This document shows positions 58,368 through 64,000 of a stretch of 64,000 bases of DNA, in pieces. Origin of the DNA: an uncultured Treponema sp. (GTDB lineage Bacteria > Spirochaetota > Spirochaetia > Treponematales > Treponemataceae); NCBI GenBank assembly GCA_947177175.1, contig CAMWTK010000006.1:1039-65038 (forward strand), read 5' to 3'. Under the pieces are notes generated by a model, which saw only the letters and a list, made by a program, of their open reading frames with translations, was not told the origin of the DNA and searched no databases. The stretch's first letter is position 1; each line of letters starts with the position of its first letter. A program made the position numbers and the translations under genes.

Positions 58368-58500
58368 GACAGCCTAAGGTTCGTGGTACTGACAGCTCAG
58401 TGTAAGGGATGCTCACAGTCTCATGTGAGGGCCTGTTACATACCCGTGTGAGGGGTGCTCACAGCCTAATGTGAGGGGTATTAACAGCCTAGTGTGAGGG
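58368..58500. repeat. Degenerate tandem array, 6 x 23 bp, with palindrome CTCACA-N6-TGTGAG
   Basis: Units at 58368, 58391, 58414, 58437, 58460, 58483. Confidence 0.88.
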
Positions 58501-58599
58501 AGAGAAACCTGTACATGGTTTGCATACGCACCTGTACAGGTGCGTGTCGGTCATCTGTTCGTGGTGTTCGGTGTCACTGGGGCAGGAGTGCGGTGCGGG

Positions 58600-58628
58600 T
58601 TGCGTCGTGTGCCGCTGAGCGGTATACT
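58600..58628 (+). promoter_or_regulatory. Promoter of the HU/DUF4469-like gene
   Basis: TTGCGT-17-TATACT. Confidence 0.6.
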
Positions 58629-58674
58629 GGAGCGGCGGGAACGTTAGGCAGTATGCCGCGCACCGTCACCTACT

Positions 58675-58703
58675 AGTATAGCACGGTGCGCCACGACGCG
58701 CAA
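58675..58703 (-). promoter_or_regulatory. Promoter directed into the 23 bp array
   Basis: TTGCGC-17-TATACT with extended TG on the minus strand. Confidence 0.55.
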
Positions 58704-58716
58704 CGGAGGAGGGGTC

Positions 58717-59466
58717 ATGCCGAGAAAAAAGCCGGGTCTGGGGGAATTCAGGGAGGTACAGTACGGGGTGCGGGTCACGCTGTCGGAAGACCACCTGAAC
58801 GGGAGCGGGCGGCTCGTGGGCAAGGTGAACGAGCAGACGGCCACCCTGCGGAACATCGTCGGCGACATTCAGAAGAACGGGCGGTGTCTGCTGAACGAAA
58901 ACATGGTGTTCTACGCCGCGCAGGTGCTGCGCGATGCGTACCTTGACCGGCTCAGGCGCGGGTATGCTGTGGACGTGCTCGGCCTGGGGAAAATCTACCA
59001 CGCGCTCGACGGCACGTTCCGCTCCGAGAGCGACACGCCGAGCGCGCGGCCCAAGCTGGTGCCGCGCTTTACGCCGTCAAAGACACTGCTCGCCGCCTGC
59101 AAGAAACTCGTCTGCTCGGTCGTCCGCAGGAGCGACACTGCCCCGGCGGTGTGGTCGGTGCGGAGTCTGCCCGACGACGGGAGCGGCTCGGTGCGCACGG
59201 GGACGCTCGTGCGGATTTGCGGCAGGAACTTGAAGCTTGCGGGCGACGGCGCGGGCGTTTTCTTCCTGCCCACGGCGGGCGGGGATGCCGTCTGCGTGCC
59301 GCCCGAACGCATGGGCGACAACTTCCCGCGCTCGCTCATGTTCTACCTGCCGAGCGAAGTCACGCCCGGCGCGTATGCCCTTGAGGTGCGCACACGGTGG
59401 GCGCGGAACGGCAGGCTCAGGCAGGAGCTGTGCGCGGGCAGGCGGATTGAGATAACGGTGGTGTGA
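58717..59466 (+). CDS. HU-like DNA-binding domain plus Ig-like (DUF4469-like) protein
   Basis: LRRGYAVDVLGLG, RFTPSKTL, GRNLKL, GAYALEVRT; GGAGG RBS. Confidence 0.75.
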   Translation: MPRKKPGLGEFREVQYGVRVTLSEDHLNGSGRLVGKVNEQTATLRNIVGDIQKNGRCLLNENMVFYAAQVLRDAYLDRLRRGYAVDVLGLGKIYHALDGTFRSESDTPSARPKLVPRFTPSKTLLAACKKLVCSVVRRSDTAPAVWSVRSLPDDGSGSVRTGTLVRICGRNLKLAGDGAGVFFLPTAGGDAVCVPPERMGDNFPRSLMFYLPSEVTPGAYALEVRTRWARNGRLRQELCAGRRIEITVV

Positions 59467-59473
59467 GCGGGAT

Positions 59474-60076
59474 TTATCTTTTGCGCAGGGAACAGAGTGC
59501 CAGTATGGCGACCGGCACGGACAGCAACATAAAGCAGCGGTCCGTGTAGACAAGGAACCGGGCATAAAGTGGGGGCGTGCATCCAAGAAACGTAAAGACT
59601 AAGGCAAAGGTCATGCATACCGCTGAGAATATTCCGTAGCCGTACAGGAACGCCGAGGCGATGTGCGGATGCCGTCCGGCAAAACGCTGTACGGCTTGTT
59701 CCGCCGGGGCTTCTTGCGCTGCCGGGGCGGGGCTTTCGTGCGATGTGTTGCGCTTGGCTGCTGAATGCTTGAGCCACAACGCCACGAGCGACAAGAGTAT
59801 ACTCAGTGCCGTAAAGCAGATAACTCCTGCCGACATGAGACGGCTGGGGATACCGTCCGCCATGAGACAGCGGGGAAAGTTGTCGCTGAGTAGTATACCA
59901 ATAATGGGGATTAAGAAACTGACATGAACCACTACCGTCCAAATGCCGAATCCGAAGAAATACAGGGAAGCCGCGCGCGGGCATTTTTCCGCAAGCATCT
60001 GAACGCCGTAGCGTCGTCTTGCTTCCGCCTGCCGTCCCGCGCGCCCGTCCTGTCCGTCCGTGTCTGTATGTTCCAT
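59474..60076 (-). CDS. Hypothetical multi-TM membrane protein, paralogue 1
   Basis: Four hydrophobic segments; near-identical blocks with 60118-60642. Confidence 0.7.
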   Translation of the reverse strand: MEHTDTDGQDGRAGRQAEARRRYGVQMLAEKCPRAASLYFFGFGIWTVVVHVSFLIPIIGILLSDNFPRCLMADGIPSRLMSAGVICFTALSILLSLVALWLKHSAAKRNTSHESPAPAAQEAPAEQAVQRFAGRHPHIASAFLYGYGIFSAVCMTFALVFTFLGCTPPLYARFLVYTDRCFMLLSVPVAILALCSLRKR

Positions 60077-60117
60077 GTGATCTCCTTGGTTTCGCCCGGC
60101 GGCGTTTTTGTCTGCGG

Positions 60118-60642
60118 TTAGTCGTCTTTCCTGCGCAGGGAACAGAATGCTAGTATGGTGACCGGCACGGACAGCAGCTCACGGCAGAGGAGTATAGGGG
60201 GTATGCCCGTAAACCAGCACAATAGTGCGTAGCCATACAGGTACGCCGAGGCGATGCGCAGATGCCGTCCGGCAAAACGCTGTACGGCTCGTTCCGCCGG
60301 GGCTTCCTGCGCTGCCGGGGCGGGGCTTTCGTGCGGTGCGCTGCGCTTGGCAGCTGAATGCTTGAGCCACAACGCCACGAGCGACAGGAGTGTGCTCAGC
60401 ACCTTAAAACATACGTCTACTGCGACAAGGAAAAAAAAGCAAATTACATTGCAGGACATATGTAAGATGTAAATCAGGCAGCCGACAAAGACCACCACTA
60501 TCGTCCAGATGCCGGATCCGAAGAAAAATACAGAAGTCATACGCGGGCATTTCTCCGCAAGCAGCTGAACACCGTAGCGTCGTCTTTCTTCTGTCTGCCG
60601 TTCCGCGCGCTCGTCCTGTCCGTCCGTGTCTGTATGTTCCAT
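60118..60642 (-). CDS. Hypothetical multi-TM membrane protein, paralogue 2
   Basis: Shared MEHTDTDGQD start and WLKHSAAKR...QRFAGRH block. Confidence 0.7.
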   Translation of the reverse strand: MEHTDTDGQDERAERQTEERRRYGVQLLAEKCPRMTSVFFFGSGIWTIVVVFVGCLIYILHMSCNVICFFFLVAVDVCFKVLSTLLSLVALWLKHSAAKRSAPHESPAPAAQEAPAERAVQRFAGRHLRIASAYLYGYALLCWFTGIPPILLCRELLSVPVTILAFCSLRRKDD

Positions 60643-60689
60643 GTGCGTTTCCCCGTTGTTTGCAAGGGCGGGAATGCCCCTGCATATTG

Positions 60690-62174
60690 TTACAGCGGGA
60701 TATTCCCGTGCTTGCGGCGGAGGGTGTCGCTGTCCGTCTTGGTCGCGAGCAGGGCAAGGCTTTGTACCACGCGCGCGCGGGTCTCCTCAGGCGCGATGAC
60801 CGCGCTGATGTAGTCGCGCTGTGCGGCAATGGTGGGGGTCATGAATGTGTCGCGGTATTCCTGCCCTTTCTGCGCCTTTACGTTCAGGTCGGTCTCCTTT
60901 GCGTACAGGATGCCGATCGCGCCCTCCGCGCCCATGACGGCAATCTCCGCCTTTGGCCAGGCGTACACAAAGTCCGCGCCCAAATGTTTGGAGCACATCG
61001 CGATGTACGCGCCGCCGTATGCCTTGCGCGTGATGACCGTCACCTTGGGGACGGACGCTTCGCTGTAGGCGTACAGCACTTTTGCGCCGTGGCGGATAAT
61101 GCCTTTCTGCTCTTCCTGCGGGCCGGGGACGAATCCGGGCACGTCCACGAACGTGAGCAGCGGGATGTCGTAGCTGTCGCAGAAGCGCACGTGCCGCGCG
61201 ATTTTGTCGGATGCGTCGCAGTTGAGGATGCCGCCCAAAAAGCCGGGATTGTTCGCCACGATGCCGACGGTCCTGCCTTCCACCTTTGCAAAGCCGATGA
61301 CGGCGTTCTGCGCGAATTCCGCCGACACCTCAAAGAAACTGTCGTCGTCCGCCACGTCGGCGATCACCTCGCGGATGTCGTAGCCCTTGTTGCTGCTTTC
61401 GGGGAGGATGGTCGTGATGTGCTTTGCCTTGTGCTTTTCGTCGTACTTCGGTTTTTCTGCCGCCGCCGGCTGGTCGCCGTAGAAATGGGGGATATAGTCG
61501 AGCAGCGCGCGCACTTTTTCGTAGCATTCGGCCTCGTCGCCGCAGCGGTAGTGCGCCACGCCCGATTTCTGGCTGTGAATGGTCGCGCCGCCCAGGTCTT
61601 CGTCGGTGATGTCCATGAACATGACCTGCTTGACGACTTTCGGGCCGGTGATGTACATGTGCGAGATAGCGTCAATGGTAAAGATGAAGTCGGTCAGCCC
61701 CGGCGAATAGACCGCGCCGCCCGCGCACGGACCGGCGACGATAGAAATCTGCGGGATTACGCCGGACGCGCGCACGTTCTGATAGAAGATGTCGCCGTAG
61801 CCGCACAGCGCGTCCACGCCTTCCTGAATGCGCGCGCCGCCTGAATCGTTCACGCCGATGACGGGGCATTTTATTTCGATTGCCTTGGCGATCAGCTCCG
61901 CGATTTTCTGCCCGTGCACTTTGCCGAGCGAGCCGCCCTGTACGGTAAAGTCCTGCGCATAGACGGCGACTTTCCTGCCGTTAATCGTGCCGAAGCCCGT
62001 GATAACGCCGTCGTAGGGGATTTCTTTGGTCTCCATGCCGAAGTTAGTGCACTGATGCCGCGCGTCGGCGTAGATTTCCATAAAACTGCCTTTGTCGCAC
62101 AGCGCGTTGATGCGCTCGATCGCGTGCAGCTTGCCCTTTGCGTGCTGTTTTTCCAGATTGTATTCGTATGCCAT
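60690..62174 (-). CDS. Acyl-CoA carboxylase/decarboxylase carboxyltransferase subunit (PccB/MmdA family)
   Basis: DFTVQGGSLG, DSGGARIQEG, GPCAGGAVY, DVPGF, RKAYGGAY, RKHGNIPL. Confidence 0.93.
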   Translation of the reverse strand: MAYEYNLEKQHAKGKLHAIERINALCDKGSFMEIYADARHQCTNFGMETKEIPYDGVITGFGTINGRKVAVYAQDFTVQGGSLGKVHGQKIAELIAKAIEIKCPVIGVNDSGGARIQEGVDALCGYGDIFYQNVRASGVIPQISIVAGPCAGGAVYSPGLTDFIFTIDAISHMYITGPKVVKQVMFMDITDEDLGGATIHSQKSGVAHYRCGDEAECYEKVRALLDYIPHFYGDQPAAAEKPKYDEKHKAKHITTILPESSNKGYDIREVIADVADDDSFFEVSAEFAQNAVIGFAKVEGRTVGIVANNPGFLGGILNCDASDKIARHVRFCDSYDIPLLTFVDVPGFVPGPQEEQKGIIRHGAKVLYAYSEASVPKVTVITRKAYGGAYIAMCSKHLGADFVYAWPKAEIAVMGAEGAIGILYAKETDLNVKAQKGQEYRDTFMTPTIAAQRDYISAVIAPEETRARVVQSLALLATKTDSDTLRRKHGNIPL

Positions 62175-62204
62175 AAAAACCTCGACCATCAAAAAGATAT
62201 GACC

Positions 62205-62233
62205 AGTGTAGTAAGAAACACGGGTTTTGTCAA
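62205..62233 (-). promoter_or_regulatory. Sigma70 promoter of the carboxyltransferase gene
   Basis: TTGACA-17-TACACT. Confidence 0.8.
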
Positions 62234-62263
62234 TCTGACACTTTTTGTAAATTTGTCATGCTG

Positions 62264-63217
62264 TCATTTCAGGTATGTCTTGAGCCATTCGATTGACAGC
62301 GGCTGCCACTGCGCCGCCGTGCCGTAGGCGTTCAGCACGCCGAACCCGTGTCCGCTTTCGGGGAAGACGTGCAGCTCGCATTTCGCGCTCTTGTCGCTCA
62401 TGGCTTTCCAGTAGGCGATGGCATTCGTGTACGGGGGCACGCTCTTGTCGTCGGTCGCACAGACGATGAACGCGGGCGGCGTTGCGGCGGTTACCAGCAG
62501 CTCGCATGAGGCGGCGTCCTTGTCTTTCTGCGACGGTTTTGCGCCCAGCAGCGCGGTGCGGCTTCCGGCGTGTGTGCCGTCCTGCATGGTGATGACCGGG
62601 TAAATGAGGAACTGGAACGCCGGTTTCGCGCTCGTCCAGTTGCCGTCCTTGTCCTTGTCGGCACTGTCAACGGGCTTGTAGGTCTCCTCGCCAAAGCGCG
62701 TCGCGAGGCTTGCCGCCACGTGTCCGCCCGCCGAGCTTCCCATTACGCCGATTCTGAACGGGGAAATGCCGTAGACCTCCGCGTTCGCCCGGATTAGCCG
62801 CATGGCGCGCTGTGCGTCCTGCAACGGGACAAGGCTCGCGTTCTTGTGTCCGTCGTTGGGGGTGCGGTAGGTAAGCACGAACACCGTATAGCCCGCGTCG
62901 GTGTACCCGTGCACGTAGTCGTAGCCTTCGGTGTCGATGACGACGCGCTGGTATGCGCCGCCCGGAATGACGAGCAGGGAACGCTGCGTGTTTGCGGCGG
63001 TTGCGGGCGGCGCGAACACTTCGTAATACGGTTCGGTCACGCCGGAGACGGCGCGGTTCTGCTGCCCCGGAATGGGGCTTCGCTCGGCAATCGTTTGGGT
63101 CGCCTTGACTTTTTCAGAGCCGGGGCCGACTTTGTTCGGCCACAGGTAGACTTTTTCCTGCGCGGATGCCGCGCACCAAGTGAGGCAGACAAGTGCCGCC
63201 GCGATGATTCTTTTCAT
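62264..63217 (-). CDS. Secreted alpha/beta hydrolase (esterase)
   Basis: Signal peptide, PGGAY, GSSAGGH, DDKSV, GHG. Confidence 0.9.
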   Translation of the reverse strand: MKRIIAAALVCLTWCAASAQEKVYLWPNKVGPGSEKVKATQTIAERSPIPGQQNRAVSGVTEPYYEVFAPPATAANTQRSLLVIPGGAYQRVVIDTEGYDYVHGYTDAGYTVFVLTYRTPNDGHKNASLVPLQDAQRAMRLIRANAEVYGISPFRIGVMGSSAGGHVAASLATRFGEETYKPVDSADKDKDGNWTSAKPAFQFLIYPVITMQDGTHAGSRTALLGAKPSQKDKDAASCELLVTAATPPAFIVCATDDKSVPPYTNAIAYWKAMSDKSAKCELHVFPESGHGFGVLNAYGTAAQWQPLSIEWLKTYLK

Positions 63218-63265
63218 TATAACGCTCCGTTTGGCGCACCGCGCACAACGGCGCGCGTCATTTCT

Positions 63266-63294
63266 ATTGTAAAGCCGTTTTTGCGCGCGGTCAA
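63266..63294 (-). promoter_or_regulatory. Sigma70 promoter of the hydrolase gene
   Basis: TTGACC-17-TACAAT. Confidence 0.75.
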
Positions 63295-63295
63295 A

Positions 63296-64000
63296 CTAAA
63301 ACGCGCGGCGGCTGAGCTTCTTTTCGAGGGAGGCTTTGCCCGCGCGGATTTCTTCGGCGGTGGGAATCCATTCGTAGGTGGCGCGCAGGATGTCGGCGGT
63401 CTGCTCGATGTCGCCGTCCGTCACGTCGAGCGCGGCCTGATAGGCGGCGTAGAAATCCTTGGTGAACACGAAGCCGCCCTTGCTCTTGCTCGCGATGTCC
63501 GTCACGAGCCACCGCCCGCGCCGCCAGGTGAGCGTCACGGTGTCCGTCACCGTGTTCGTGCTGATACGGGCGGAGCCGTCGTTGTTCACCAGATAATAGG
63601 TCGCCGTGTGGCGCGCGGTCGTCCCGTTTTTTCGCGGCACGTCCGCTTCTGCCGCCAATGGCTGCGGCTTGTCCGCGCGCACGGGGTAGGCGAACGACGA
63701 GTCCGCGTCCGTGCCGTCAATGCGCAGGTGGGTCAGCCCGTACTGCCAGAAATTCGTCTTGTTTTTGAGGAACAGCCATTCCGCTGGGCTGACGGTCGCT
63801 TCGTCCTGGCTCATCGCGTAGCGGCTGCGGTTGGTCACGTAAAAGCCGCTCACGATCTGGCGCAGGTTTTTGGTCTTTTTTCCCTTGGCGATTTCCTGCA
63901 AGTGCGGCACGTTCGCCTGATGAATGGTGGCGTACAATGCCTGCGTCGTTTCCCAGGAGGTGAGGCCTTTGCTCGTCGCAAGCCCGCGGTTTTCCCGCTC
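63296..64000 (-). CDS. Hypothetical protein, C-terminal part, runs off the window
   Basis: Frame open to base 64000, core codon bias. Confidence 0.7.
   Translation of the reverse strand, partial: ERENRGLATSKGLTSWETTQALYATIHQANVPHLQEIAKGKKTKNLRQIVSGFYVTNRSRYAMSQDEATVSPAEWLFLKNKTNFWQYGLTHLRIDGTDADSSFAYPVRADKPQPLAAEADVPRKNGTTARHTATYYLVNNDGSARISTNTVTDTVTLTWRRGRWLVTDIASKSKGGFVFTKDFYAAYQAALDVTDGDIEQTADILRATYEWIPTAEEIRAGKASLEKKLSRRAF

Overview
64 kb of a GC-rich spirochaete chromosome, most consistent with a gut or rumen Treponema. This is inferred from gene content and order (glyQS, ftsI, valS, gap, rny-pyrG-lptCAB-cheRB, dapA-asd-lysA) and the many spirochaete-type lipoproteins. The housekeeping backbone is interrupted by lower-GC accessory patches at about 16.4-21.2, 35.5-38.3, 53-58.5 and 59.5-60.6 kb. 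Pectin use is prominent: a CE8+CE12 fusion, a frameshifted CE8 lipoprotein and an alpha/beta esterase. No rRNA, tRNA or CRISPR array was seen. Leading candidate for an undescribed system: two divergent DUF6261-like helical proteins, 15 kb apart, each preceded by the same layout of about 8 degenerate 41-42 bp palindromic tandem units, a short GC hairpin, then RBS and start. A third array (23 bp period, with promoters facing each other) precedes an HU/DUF4469-like gene. Other highlights: a 120 bp three-hairpin dispersed element with compensatory changes, a poly-G frameshift in a signal peptide, a PyrG lacking the glutaminase Cys, an Rpn nuclease with an internal RBS/ATG, an unannotated 42 aa peptide, and several probable leaderless genes. 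Family names come from motif recognition, not database searches.
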